A stretch of DNA of 64,000 bases from Endomicrobiales bacterium (GTDB taxonomy: Bacteria > Elusimicrobiota > Endomicrobiia > Endomicrobiales > JAFGGC01), in NCBI GenBank assembly GCA_016930715.1, contig JAFGGC010000025.1:11008-75007 (forward strand), in the 5' to 3' direction. A program made the position numbers and the translations under genes. Positions 8,557-18,165 of the stretch are shown one piece after another; position 1 is the stretch's first letter, and each line of letters begins with the position of its first letter. Below the pieces are notes generated by a model that saw only the letters and a program-made list of their open reading frames with translations, ran no database searches and was not told where the DNA came from.

Positions 8557-9537
8557 TCAGATGGGAAGATTCAGGCTGAAGATGTACTTCACGACGTCGT
8601 TGAAGTCCACCCTGTATTTTTCCGCGCACAAGGCGAACTCGTAACCCGCCCTGCTATACCCCAACCCGTAGGTAATCTTGGCCTTTTCCTTGTCGTTCAG
8701 ATCGTCGCCGTACATGCCCGCCCGGAGCACCATGGCACCGGCGAATTTCTGCTCCAGCCCGAAATGCGTTATCGTAACCGCGTCGACTTTCCGGTAGTAG
8801 CGTTTTTCCCAGTCGGTCGCGAAGACCATGAAACCGCCTATCTTGAACGCCAGCCCTCCCCTCATCACGAAGGGAAGCTGGTCCTTCTCGAAATCGTCCC
8901 ACCACACGTATCCGAGCAGGTTCTTGAATACTATGCCGATATTGACGAACGGGCTTGGCATGAAAAGGTAGCCCACGTCCGCGCTGAACCCGTATCCGTC
9001 GCTGAGGTTCAACGACGGCACGTTGTTATTGACTCCGGATATAGCCATCTGCGCGCTGAAGTAGGTGATGTTTATGCCCGAGAACGCCCTGTCCATATTC
9101 TTGTGGGAACCAGAAAGAGTATAGGCGTTAACCTTTATCTCGGTCTCCTGCCAGTCGCTGCCTGATGTTTCCCTTATCACGGTATTGGCCAGCGGCCTCC
9201 AGGACACCGCGCCTTTCTCGGAGGCGAAACAAATGTGCTGCACGCTCCTGTTCTTGAGCACCTCCTGCGCGAATACCTCGTCCGGCGTCAGTTCGCTCTG
9301 CCGCGCGCTCTCCAGGGTCATTGAAAGATACCCGCTTTTCAGAATCGCAAGGCCCGCGGGATTGTAATAAACGCAGGACGCGTCGTCTGCGACTGCCGTG
9401 AACGCGCCCCCCATCGCGCCCGCCTTCGCCCCGGGCATGTAGCCTTCGTACGAATTATACGGCGTCGGCGCCGGTTCCCCTGCGAATAAACTTACTGCTA
9501 CCAACATTGTCGCACAAAATACGGTTGCCTTTTTCAT
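8557..9537 (-). CDS. Outer-membrane beta-barrel, UPF0164/PorV/FadL-like superfamily
   Basis: Signal peptide MKKATVFCATMLVAVSLFA, plug motif GAKAGAMGGAFTAVADDASCVYYNPAGLA, amphipathic beta strands. Confidence 0.75.
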   Translation of the reverse strand: MKKATVFCATMLVAVSLFAGEPAPTPYNSYEGYMPGAKAGAMGGAFTAVADDASCVYYNPAGLAILKSGYLSMTLESARQSELTPDEVFAQEVLKNRSVQHICFASEKGAVSWRPLANTVIRETSGSDWQETEIKVNAYTLSGSHKNMDRAFSGINITYFSAQMAISGVNNNVPSLNLSDGYGFSADVGYLFMPSPFVNIGIVFKNLLGYVWWDDFEKDQLPFVMRGGLAFKIGGFMVFATDWEKRYYRKVDAVTITHFGLEQKFAGAMVLRAGMYGDDLNDKEKAKITYGLGYSRAGYEFALCAEKYRVDFNDVVKYIFSLNLPI

Positions 9538-9562
9538 ATCGTTTTCCACCCGCACATAAAAT

Positions 9563-9666
9563 AATTTCGAAACCGCAATTTCGAATCCCGAAATACTTCA
9601 ACGTCAAATATGTCTTTCAATCTCTGCCTGTTTTTTATCTTTTTCAAAATTCGAGCTTCGAAATTG
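9563..9666. repeat. TTCGAA-rich imperfect inverted repeat; left arm shared with 62541-62568
   Basis: AATTTCGAAACCGCAATTTCGAATCCCG ... AATTCGAGCTTCGAAATTG. Confidence 0.55.
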
Positions 9667-11382
9667 TCACAATAGCTGCAGCGAATGCAGCCTATGATAT
9701 ATTCCTTCGCGTTCCAGTAGCTGCTCGTGCGTCCCGTCCTCCACTATCACTCCCTTGTCAAGAACGATTATTCTGTCGGCTTTCTTCACTGTGGCAAGCC
9801 TGTGGGCTATCATTATGACGGTCCTGTTCTGCATGAGTTTCTCTATCGCCTCCTGGACCAGTTTCTCCGATTCCGCGTCGAGGGACGACGTCGCCTCGTC
9901 CAGCACCAATATGGGCGGGTTCTTCAGTATCGCGCGCGCTATAGCAAGCCGCTGCCGCTCGCCTCCCGATATCCTTACTCCCCTTTCGCCGATGTACGTG
10001 TCCATGCCCTTCGGCAGCCTTGAAATGAAATTATTGGCGTTGGCCGCCTTCAGGGCCGCGCTCACCTCTTCTTCGCTGGCGTCCCTTTTTCCGTATGCAA
10101 CGTTGTACTTCACCGTTTCGTTGAAAAGAAGCGTCTCCTGCGGCACTATGCCAACGAGTGAACGCAAGGAAGTTATTTTCATTTCTTTAACGTCTATGCC
10201 GTCTATCCTTATCGCTCCCGACTGCGCCTCGTAAAATCTCAACAGGAGGCTCGCAAGCGACGTCTTTCCCGAACCCGAAGGGCCGACCAGCGCCACGGCC
10301 TGGCCCTTTTTAATTTCAAGGTTCAGGTTCTTTATGACATCGTTCTTTTCCGGATAGTGGAAGGTCACTCCTTCAAAGGTGATCTTGTCCTTGAAATCGC
10401 CGGCTTCTTGCGGGTTTTGCGTTTCAACTATGGTCGGCTTCTCGTCAATTATCTCAAATATCCTCTCGGTACCGGCCACTGCAAGCTGTATATAGGAGTT
10501 GGTCTGCGAGAAGTTCTTCAGCGGCTGGTAGAGAGAAAACGCGGCCGTCAGGAACGCCACGAAAGAACCGGACGTCCAGACCCCGTCTATGACGTCCTTG
10601 CCTCCGTACCACAGTATGAAAGCGACGGCAAGCGAACCGATGAACTCCATTATCGGGCTTGAACGAGCGTCGACCCTGATAAAACGCTGCTGGGTGTGAT
10701 AGAACTCGTCGTTCTCCTTGTGAAACCTCGCGACTTCATCGGCCTCGCGCATGAAGGCCTTAATCACCGTCATGCCGTGCAGCGTTTCCTGCAGTGCGGC
10801 GTAGATTTCGCCCATCTGCTTCTGTCCTTCCCTTGAGGCCTGCCTCATCTTTCTCGAGAACTGCGCTATGGGAACAGCCGCAATCGGAAATATCAGGAGC
10901 GATATTATCGCGAATTTCCAGTGCAGGTAAAAAAGTATGACTATCATCACCAGGACCGTCAGCCCGTCGCGTATTATGGCAGGCGGAACCCTGAAAAGCG
11001 CGAGCTGAAGCGCCATCACGTCGTTCGTCACGCGCGCCATCAGTCTTGCCGTGGAATTTTTCGAATAAAAATCGTGGGAAAGCGATATCAGCTTCTCGTA
11101 TAGTTCGTTCCTGATCTTCAACACCACGTTCTGGGTTATGAAGTAAAGAAGATAGTTCTGGCCGTAACCCGCGATCCCCTTGACTATGAAAAGCACCGGT
11201 ATCAGCCAGGTGATAAGATAGAGCATCTGAACGTCTTTGGCGACAAAAATCCTGTCGAAGATGTTTTTTATGATCCACATGGTTGCGCCCGTGAGCGCGG
11301 AAAAAACGGCCATGCATAACATGGACACAATGAAACGCGGCACGTGCGGCCGCAGGTATGATAAAAGACGCTTGAATATCAT
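9667..11382 (-). CDS. msbA: Lipid A-core flippase MsbA (ABC, TMD+NBD)
   Basis: GPSGSGKT, ISGGERQR, LVLDEATS. Directly follows lpxB. Confidence 0.9.
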   Translation of the reverse strand: MIFKRLLSYLRPHVPRFIVSMLCMAVFSALTGATMWIIKNIFDRIFVAKDVQMLYLITWLIPVLFIVKGIAGYGQNYLLYFITQNVVLKIRNELYEKLISLSHDFYSKNSTARLMARVTNDVMALQLALFRVPPAIIRDGLTVLVMIVILFYLHWKFAIISLLIFPIAAVPIAQFSRKMRQASREGQKQMGEIYAALQETLHGMTVIKAFMREADEVARFHKENDEFYHTQQRFIRVDARSSPIMEFIGSLAVAFILWYGGKDVIDGVWTSGSFVAFLTAAFSLYQPLKNFSQTNSYIQLAVAGTERIFEIIDEKPTIVETQNPQEAGDFKDKITFEGVTFHYPEKNDVIKNLNLEIKKGQAVALVGPSGSGKTSLASLLLRFYEAQSGAIRIDGIDVKEMKITSLRSLVGIVPQETLLFNETVKYNVAYGKRDASEEEVSAALKAANANNFISRLPKGMDTYIGERGVRISGGERQRLAIARAILKNPPILVLDEATSSLDAESEKLVQEAIEKLMQNRTVIMIAHRLATVKKADRIIVLDKGVIVEDGTHEQLLEREGIYHRLHSLQLL

Positions 11383-12461
11383 GTTCTGTCTTCCATTATA
11401 GCCGCCGCGGCCCTGACCCCTGCTCCGGGCCCGCCCAGCAGCTTCTTTACCTTCCTGAAACCCTCAACAGCTTCAGCAATCCTGTTCTTGTCGTTCAACA
11501 GCGCAGTTGCCTCATCCGCAATCTTCTCGGGAACCGCCATTGCCTGTATCAGCTCCGGGACAAGTTCCCTGCCGAGAATTATATTGACCATGGTTATAAA
11601 CCGGACGTTCGCTATGAGCTTTGCCACGAGATAATTGAACCAGGAAAGCCGGTAATATACCACCATCGGTATTTCCATAAGAGCGTTCTCGAGACTCACC
11701 GTGCCCGACGTGGTTATGGCAAGGTCAAGCCCGCCGCGCTCCCTGTATTCTCCGTCAACCACCGTTTTATGCCGACCGGCGTACATACCCGCGACATTTT
11801 CGGTAAGAAAAAAAACGAATTCGGCTCCCGGCAGTCTCTGTTTTATCCGGTCGGCCGTTCTTTCCAGAAGCCCCGCGTGCCGTCTGAAAACATTCGGCCT
11901 TGAACCCGGAAAAAGCCCGATCCTGATGTTCCCATCTTTCTTTTCGGCTCGTTCCCTCTCGGGTATCCTGTCGAGGAGGGGATGGCCCACGAACAAAACG
12001 TCGATGCCTGCTTTCCTGTATATTTCTTCTTCGAACGGCAGTATTACGAGCATCTTTTTTACGCAGTCGGCAAGTTTGTCCACCCTCCCGGGCCTGGAGG
12101 CCCATACCTGCGGGCTGACGTAGTAATAGACCGGTATGCCCCTTCTCTTCGCTTCCCTGGCCACGTGCAGGTTAAAACCGTAATAGTCGACGAGAATAAC
12201 TTTTCCCGGGGGGTTTTCATCCCAGGCCTTCCCGATTTCCGCGAGTATGCCCTTAAGCCTGAAATACTGCTTTACCGGCTGCCAGAAACCGAAAGCCGAA
12301 AGCTTCGTGAGGTCGTGATAGAAAACATCCGCGCTTTTCTTCAGCTCTTTTCCGCCCAGCGCGCCAACAACCGTATCCGGATGAATCGCTTTTATCGTTC
12401 TTGCGAGGCTCGCGGCGTGCATGTCCCCTGAAACGTCTCCGGCCACGATAAAAATGTTCAT
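11379..12461 (-). CDS. lpxB: Lipid A disaccharide synthase
   Basis: AGDVSGD, VSPQVWASR, ILPFE, VGHP, FPGSR, TSGT, VPELIQ. Confidence 0.95.
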   Translation of the reverse strand: MNIFIVAGDVSGDMHAASLARTIKAIHPDTVVGALGGKELKKSADVFYHDLTKLSAFGFWQPVKQYFRLKGILAEIGKAWDENPPGKVILVDYYGFNLHVAREAKRRGIPVYYYVSPQVWASRPGRVDKLADCVKKMLVILPFEEEIYRKAGIDVLFVGHPLLDRIPERERAEKKDGNIRIGLFPGSRPNVFRRHAGLLERTADRIKQRLPGAEFVFFLTENVAGMYAGRHKTVVDGEYRERGGLDLAITTSGTVSLENALMEIPMVVYYRLSWFNYLVAKLIANVRFITMVNIILGRELVPELIQAMAVPEKIADEATALLNDKNRIAEAVEGFRKVKKLLGGPGAGVRAAAAIMEDRT

Positions 12462-12475
12462 CTGATTGGCAGCCC

Positions 12476-13411
12476 CTAAAAAGTGTTCAGTTTTTTCAAG
12501 ACTTCGTAGGCTATCTCGAGCGCGTCCCTGCCGTGTTCGCCGGTTACGGACGGTTGTTTTCCTTCCTTGACGCAGTTCAGGAAATGGTCTATTTCGCAGT
12601 ATAGAGGCTCATCGGTCTTTAATTTCGGCTTCAAAACGTCAACATCCGAAAGACTCTTCACCACTTCTTTCCTTTTCCTGTAAACCTTCAGGCTTTTCCC
12701 CGCGTAATCTATCGAAATGTAGCTGTCGGGCTGGAATATCCTTATCTTCCTGTATTTCTCAAGCGATACGCGGCTGGCGGAAACATCTGCTACGCATCCG
12801 CCGGCGAATTTTATCCTTACCTTAGCTATATCCTCGTGGTCCGAGAGTATCTTCGCCCCGTGCGCTTCAAGCGATACTATTTTGTCCTTGACGAGCGATA
12901 GAAGGATGTCCAGGTCGTGTATCATCAGGTCCAGCACGACACCTATGTGGCTTGTCCTCGGGTCATAGGGACCCAGCCGGTTAACTTCGATGAACTTCGG
13001 ATTCTTGACGTAGGGTTCCGACGCTATGACGGCCGGATTGAACCGCTCAACGTGGCCTACCTGGAGCACGGTATTTTTTGCCGTTGAAAGCGAAATCAGA
13101 TCCTGCGCCTCTTCGACCGTCGTGGTAAACGGCTTTTCCACGAGGCAGTGAATCCCCGCGGATATGAGGTCTTTTGTTATTTTATAGTGCTCGGGCGTCG
13201 GTACCGCGATGACGCAGGCGCCAGCCCTGTTTATCACGTCCCTGTGCGAAAACAACGGTTCCTTCTTGCAGGCTGCGGCTATTTTCCTTGCCTGGTTTTC
13301 GTCGATGTCGACGATGCCCACGAGGTCCGAGCCCGGATGCGACGCCAGTATCCGCGCGTGGTGCTGTCCGAGGGATCCCGCCCCTATTATCGCCGTTCTG
13401 ATTTTTTCCAT
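12476..13411 (-). CDS. Gfo/Idh/MocA oxidoreductase, GnnA-like (putative UDP-GlcNAc 3-dehydrogenase)
   Basis: GAGSLG, LVEKP, GHVERFNP, DLMIHDLD. Located inside the lpx run. Confidence 0.8.
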   Translation of the reverse strand: MEKIRTAIIGAGSLGQHHARILASHPGSDLVGIVDIDENQARKIAAACKKEPLFSHRDVINRAGACVIAVPTPEHYKITKDLISAGIHCLVEKPFTTTVEEAQDLISLSTAKNTVLQVGHVERFNPAVIASEPYVKNPKFIEVNRLGPYDPRTSHIGVVLDLMIHDLDILLSLVKDKIVSLEAHGAKILSDHEDIAKVRIKFAGGCVADVSASRVSLEKYRKIRIFQPDSYISIDYAGKSLKVYRKRKEVVKSLSDVDVLKPKLKTDEPLYCEIDHFLNCVKEGKQPSVTGEHGRDALEIAYEVLKKLNTF

Positions 13412-13418
13412 TTCTTTT

Positions 13419-14219
13419 TTATACCGCCACTATAGTGACCTGATTCCGCCTTGCCTTCTCGAGCAGGATGTCTTTGTCTATGAAAAGAGTATTTTTCGCT
13501 TCAACGGCAAGGGCCCTCGCCTTGTTCTCTAAAAGCGCTTCAACGGTCCCGGGCCCCACCACGGGCACGTCAAACCTCCAGTCCTGGGCGGGCTTGGCGA
13601 CTTTGACCACTATCACGTTCTCTCCCGCTAACTTGCCCGCGCGCCTTATGCATTCATCCGTGCCTTCTATAGATTCGACGGCAACCACGGCCTTGTCCTT
13701 TACGACGACGGTCTGTCCTATGTCAAGCCCCGCTATCTGCTTCGCCGTCTTGAAACCGAACTCAACGTCCGCCTTTTCCGCGGCGCTGAGCTTTTTACCC
13801 GCCAGCAATCCCGCGTCCGGCATGAGGTGTTTTAAGTAAATATGCGAAGGCAGGAGGGTGACGCCGTCCTTTTGAAGCTCTTCGGCTATCGCCCCCAGAA
13901 TAGTGTCGGTTTTTTTATTGACGATTTTACCCATCAGTTTTATCAGTCTGAAGTCAAGATTCAAATTCCTGAATATCTGCGCGTGCTTCACCTGGCCTGC
14001 CATCACGGCGGTTTTGATGCCGTTATCGCGCAAATAGTCTATTAATTTTTGGAATTGCCCCAGAGAGAACCATGCTATGGTATCGGCGTGTTTTTGCAGG
14101 TCCGGGTCAGTTTCTTCCTTTATCCCTACGGCGGCGACGCTGTCGCCGCGCTTTTTTATCTCTTCAGCCACGAGGAACGGGAACCTGCCGTTCCCGGCTA
14201 TGAGCCCAATCTTTTCCAT
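13419..14219 (-). CDS. lpxI: UDP-2,3-diacylglucosamine diphosphatase LpxI
   Basis: GLIAGNGRFP, LDIGQ, ESIEGTD, DVPVVG. Follows lpxA. Confidence 0.92.
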   Translation of the reverse strand: MEKIGLIAGNGRFPFLVAEEIKKRGDSVAAVGIKEETDPDLQKHADTIAWFSLGQFQKLIDYLRDNGIKTAVMAGQVKHAQIFRNLNLDFRLIKLMGKIVNKKTDTILGAIAEELQKDGVTLLPSHIYLKHLMPDAGLLAGKKLSAAEKADVEFGFKTAKQIAGLDIGQTVVVKDKAVVAVESIEGTDECIRRAGKLAGENVIVVKVAKPAQDWRFDVPVVGPGTVEALLENKARALAVEAKNTLFIDKDILLEKARRNQVTIVAV

Positions 14220-14235
14220 GTTTTCCGCCGAAGCG

Positions 14236-15030
14236 CTAAAGTTCTTCTATTTCCTCTTCTTTTTTCCTTGGACGCGCTATGCCTCTTTTGGAAGCGTGTA
14301 TGAAATCCAGCATCTCCCTGACCTCTTTTTTGGGGTTCATTGCTTCGAGTTGATCGAGTGCCTCTTCCATTGGAATGCCGGTAAGAAAAAGCGTCCTATA
14401 GACCGTTTTTATATCCTCCATCGCTTCCGCAGACAATTTTCGCCTTTTCATTCCCACAAGGTTAAGGCCGAGAAGCCTCGCCCTGTCGCCCTGGACCTGC
14501 GTGTAAGGCAATATATCAAGCGTCACGCATGACCCTCCCCCTATCATGGCAAGCCTTCCGATCCTCACGAACTGGTGAACGGCCGCGAGACCGCCGACAA
14601 AAGCGTAATCCCCTATCTCGACATGCCCGCCCAGTGTGGCGACGTTCGCCATTATGACATTGTCGCCTATCCTGCAGTCATGGGCCACGTGGGAATAGGC
14701 CATAAACATGCAATCCGAACCTATAACGGTTTTGCCCGTAGCGGTCGTGCCTCTATTGAGCGTCGTGAACTCGCGAACAATGCAATTATCCCCGATGACA
14801 AGCTTGCTGTCTTCATTTTTGTATTTAAGGTCCTGCGGCGCCGTTCCCACGGCGGCGTGACTGAATATTCTGCAGTTCTTGCCTATCTCGGCATGTTCGA
14901 TTACCGTGTGCGAGTCCACCTTCACGCCCGAATGTATCGTCACTCCGTCCCCTATTATGCTGTAAGCGCCGATTACGACGTCCTTGGCTATGTGAGCGTT
15001 CTTACTGATTATCGCCGTTTCATGAATCAT
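14236..15030 (-). CDS. lpxA: UDP-N-acetylglucosamine acyltransferase
   Basis: Hexapeptide repeats, PQDLKY, HVAHDC, VHQFVRIG. Confidence 0.96.
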   Translation of the reverse strand: MIHETAIISKNAHIAKDVVIGAYSIIGDGVTIHSGVKVDSHTVIEHAEIGKNCRIFSHAAVGTAPQDLKYKNEDSKLVIGDNCIVREFTTLNRGTTATGKTVIGSDCMFMAYSHVAHDCRIGDNVIMANVATLGGHVEIGDYAFVGGLAAVHQFVRIGRLAMIGGGSCVTLDILPYTQVQGDRARLLGLNLVGMKRRKLSAEAMEDIKTVYRTLFLTGIPMEEALDQLEAMNPKKEVREMLDFIHASKRGIARPRKKEEEIEEL

Positions 15031-16367
15031 TTCTGCTCCTCTTTGTCCACTATCGCGAACATGAACTCAGCTTCCGCGACGAGATTATCGTTGACATAGG
15101 CGTCGCCCCTCACCTTGCCCCCCTTTTCCCTTACCCTGAGCGCCTCAACCCTGAATTCAAGCACGTCCCCGGGAACGACCGGTTTTCTGAATTTCGCGCT
15201 GTCTATGGACATAAAATACGCCAGTTTGTCCTTCATTCCTGACTGTGAAAGAAGAAGCACGCAGGACGTCTGTGCTATGGCTTCGACTATCAGGACGCCC
15301 GGCATTATAGGCCAGCCGGGAAAATGACCCTGAAAGAAATTTTCGTTGCCGCTCACGCACTTGTACCCCACCGCGCTCTTGTTCACCTCTTTTATCACGA
15401 CCTTGTCGATCATGAGGAAAGGATAACGGTGCGGGATCGTTCTTTTAATGGCGTTGATGTCAAATACCTGGCCTTCCTTCGGATACTGCGCTTCCATTTT
15501 TCCTACCTCCGTTGCCGCCGAATTCGTTTTAACCGCTTTCTTGATTATTTCTCTCGCAAAATTTATGTTGCTGTTATGGCCGCACCTGTACGCGATCACG
15601 TGCGCTTTCAGCGGCGCCCCCAGCAGGTACAGGTCTCCTATCAAATCCAGCGCCTTATGCCTCGCGAACTCGTTATCGAACCGCAGGCTCTTGTTCTGAT
15701 TGTGTATGCCGTTTAAGCCCACCACTATCGCGTTGTTGAAATCCCCGCCTTTCGCGAGGCCCTTTCCCTTCAACGCCTCAATTTCGTAATCAAAACAGAA
15801 AGTCCTCGCGGGAGCGATCTCTTTCGAGAATGTTCCCCCGTCCAGCACCGCCGAATAGGACTGTTTCTTCAGGAACGGATGGTCGTATTCGACGACGCAG
15901 TCTATCCTGAACTCATCGCTCGGATGGGCCTCTATCTTTGTCTTTCCTGACTGATACACGACCGGCTCGTTCAGCGTTAAATACCGCCTCTGCGCCTCCT
16001 GCTCCGAAAGGCCAGCGGAACCCAGCAGTTCTGCGAACTTCGAAGCGCTGCCGTCAAGTATCGGGGGTTCGTTGTTCGATATATGTATCTCAAGGTTGTC
16101 AATGCCGAGCGCGAAGCAGGTAGCCATTATGTGCTCTATCGTGGAAACGGTCGTCTCGCCCTCTCCTATCGTGGTGCCGCGGACGGCCGTGCCGCTCACG
16201 TGTTCCGTCGAAGCGCGTATTACCGGCCTGCCCTCAATGTCCGTGCGGATGAACCTTATCCCGTAATCGGCTGGCGCCGGCTTGAAGATCACCGTGCTGA
16301 CGTTCCCCGTGTGCAGTCCCACGCCTTCTACCCTGCATTCCTTTGCTATCGTCCTTTGTTTTTCCAT
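15027..16367 (-). CDS. lpxC/fabZ: Bifunctional LpxC-FabZ fusion
   Basis: QRTI...GVGLHTG, TIEH, HKALDLIGD and GH (LpxC), followed by IPHRYPF and HFPGWPIMPGVLIVEA (FabZ). Alternative start at 16385. Confidence 0.95.
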   Translation of the reverse strand: MEKQRTIAKECRVEGVGLHTGNVSTVIFKPAPADYGIRFIRTDIEGRPVIRASTEHVSGTAVRGTTIGEGETTVSTIEHIMATCFALGIDNLEIHISNNEPPILDGSASKFAELLGSAGLSEQEAQRRYLTLNEPVVYQSGKTKIEAHPSDEFRIDCVVEYDHPFLKKQSYSAVLDGGTFSKEIAPARTFCFDYEIEALKGKGLAKGGDFNNAIVVGLNGIHNQNKSLRFDNEFARHKALDLIGDLYLLGAPLKAHVIAYRCGHNSNINFAREIIKKAVKTNSAATEVGKMEAQYPKEGQVFDINAIKRTIPHRYPFLMIDKVVIKEVNKSAVGYKCVSGNENFFQGHFPGWPIMPGVLIVEAIAQTSCVLLLSQSGMKDKLAYFMSIDSAKFRKPVVPGDVLEFRVEALRVREKGGKVRGDAYVNDNLVAEAEFMFAIVDKEEQK

Positions 16368-16381
16368 TATTTTAAGGCCCC

Positions 16382-17395
16382 TCATTTCTTTTCTTTCAGT
16401 TTTTTCACTTCTTCGAACAGCTTTGGAAGCTTGTGTATGAGCGCCTGGATCCTGAGGTTTTCCTTGTGGGGCCTTGCGGGAAATCCGGAAAGAACGGAGT
16501 TATCTTCGACATTATTTGATATCACGGTTTTTCCGGCCATCATAACGTTATTGCCTACCTTGACGTGCCCGGTTATGCCTACCTGACCGGCGGTTATCAC
16601 GTTATTGCCGATCCTGGTAGAACCAGCTATGCCGGTTTGCCCGGCAAGCATGCAGTTTTCGCCTATCTGAACGTTGTGCGCCACGTGCACCAGGTTGTCA
16701 AGTTTGGTGCCGCGACCTATTTTCGTGGCCCCGACTGTGGCTCTGTCAATTGAAACGTTCGCCCCCAGTTCCGCGTCATCGCCTATTTCGACCGTGCCCG
16801 TCTGTGGTATCTTCATTATGCCGTTTTTTCCTGTAATGAAACCGAAACCGTCGGAACCCACTACCGCGCCCGAATGAATAATGACCCTGTCGCCTATCCT
16901 GACGCTCTCCCTGACTGTCACGTTCGGATAAATAAGGCAGTCTTTGCCGATACTCGCTCCCCTGCCCACGAAAACCTGTGCCATTATCCTGGTGTTTTCC
17001 CCTATCGCCGCGTTTTCGTCAACGACAACGTGAGGCCCGAGATGGACGTTCTTGCCGATCGACACGCCTTGCGAAACGACCGCGGTAGGATGAATGCCGT
17101 CGAACGAGGTCGTCTTCCTTTCTTTTTCCACCAGTTGCAGCACCATCGCGAAAGCCGTCTGGGCTTCCTTCACCACTATTTTGTTTCCCGGCGCCTTTTT
17201 CCTGAACTCTTCGGTCATTATAACCACGCCGGCTTTCGTTGAAGCAAGAAGGTCCTCGTATTTCCGGTTCGATATGAAAGAAACATCGTTTTGTCCGGCG
17301 TCTTCCAGGCTAGTCGCGCCCCTTATCACTACCGCACCGTCGCCTTCAAGCGCTCCGCCGACAAGCTTAGCCAGATCGGACGTTTTTATTTCCAT
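16382..17395 (-). CDS. lpxD: UDP-3-O-acylglucosamine N-acyltransferase
   Basis: GSDGFGF, IDRAT, KLDNLVHVAHNV and hexapeptide repeats. Confidence 0.96.
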   Translation of the reverse strand: MEIKTSDLAKLVGGALEGDGAVVIRGATSLEDAGQNDVSFISNRKYEDLLASTKAGVVIMTEEFRKKAPGNKIVVKEAQTAFAMVLQLVEKERKTTSFDGIHPTAVVSQGVSIGKNVHLGPHVVVDENAAIGENTRIMAQVFVGRGASIGKDCLIYPNVTVRESVRIGDRVIIHSGAVVGSDGFGFITGKNGIMKIPQTGTVEIGDDAELGANVSIDRATVGATKIGRGTKLDNLVHVAHNVQIGENCMLAGQTGIAGSTRIGNNVITAGQVGITGHVKVGNNVMMAGKTVISNNVEDNSVLSGFPARPHKENLRIQALIHKLPKLFEEVKKLKEKK

Positions 17396-18147
17396 TACCT
17401 GCCCCGTATCCTTTCCCTTACATCATCGGTGAGGTCTTTTACCGTTTTTCCGTATAGAAGATTGTTCTTGTCAAGTATGACCGTTATCCCCTCTTCTTCC
17501 GCGAGTTTTTCCAGTATCTCGTTGATGTCTTTCAGTATCTCGCCGGTCTGCCTTTCCTCGAGAAGCATCAGCTCCTCCTTGTTCTGCCTGACCCTGGCGT
17601 CTATTTCGCTCCTTTTGTCTTCCACTTCTTTTTTCATCATTTCCAGGTCCGTCTTCTTGGCCATTATCGTCTTTTCCTTTTCAGCTATCAGGCCCGGTAT
17701 CACCGCCGTCGGCGTCGAAGCAGCTATCTGAGCCGGCGTTTTTTTCATTTCCACGTATTCGGTCGTCCCGGGAAGGAGCATCATCTTCGGCCCCGCTTTT
17801 TCCTCTTCAAGTATATTTTTCAGGGTTGCGACGTCGTTTTCCAGCCCCTTTATTTCCGTTGAGGTGGAAATGTAAACGTCCTGCATCGCGCACATGACCG
17901 CTTCCATGTCCGCTATTTCTTTTCTCTTGTTTTCTATCTCGCTAATGAATTTTTTCTTCAATCTTTCGGTCATCGGATGTTCCCTGAATATTTTCTCTAT
18001 ATCCACGTACCCGATAGCGCCGCCGCCGGATTCCGATTTCGAGCCACCGTATACCCCGTCAACAGGTATCTCGAAACCGTGCACATATGCCGACGGAACC
18101 GACAGAACCGCCAGAACGACAGAATACTTCAGGAGTTTCATGCTCAT
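17395..18147 (-). CDS. skp: OmpH/Skp periplasmic chaperone, elongated
   Basis: IGYVDIEKIF ... VILDKNNLLYG...DLTDDV. Lies between bamA and lpxD. Confidence 0.8.
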   Translation of the reverse strand: MSMKLLKYSVVLAVLSVPSAYVHGFEIPVDGVYGGSKSESGGGAIGYVDIEKIFREHPMTERLKKKFISEIENKRKEIADMEAVMCAMQDVYISTSTEIKGLENDVATLKNILEEEKAGPKMMLLPGTTEYVEMKKTPAQIAASTPTAVIPGLIAEKEKTIMAKKTDLEMMKKEVEDKRSEIDARVRQNKEELMLLEERQTGEILKDINEILEKLAEEEGITVILDKNNLLYGKTVKDLTDDVRERIRGR

Positions 18148-18165
18148 TTTCCCTCCCGCGACGCT

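Noticed and set aside
15027-16367. LpxC-FabZ fusion as a novelty
   Set aside because: A well-known fusion in Bacteroidota, Chlorobi and other diderm phyla.
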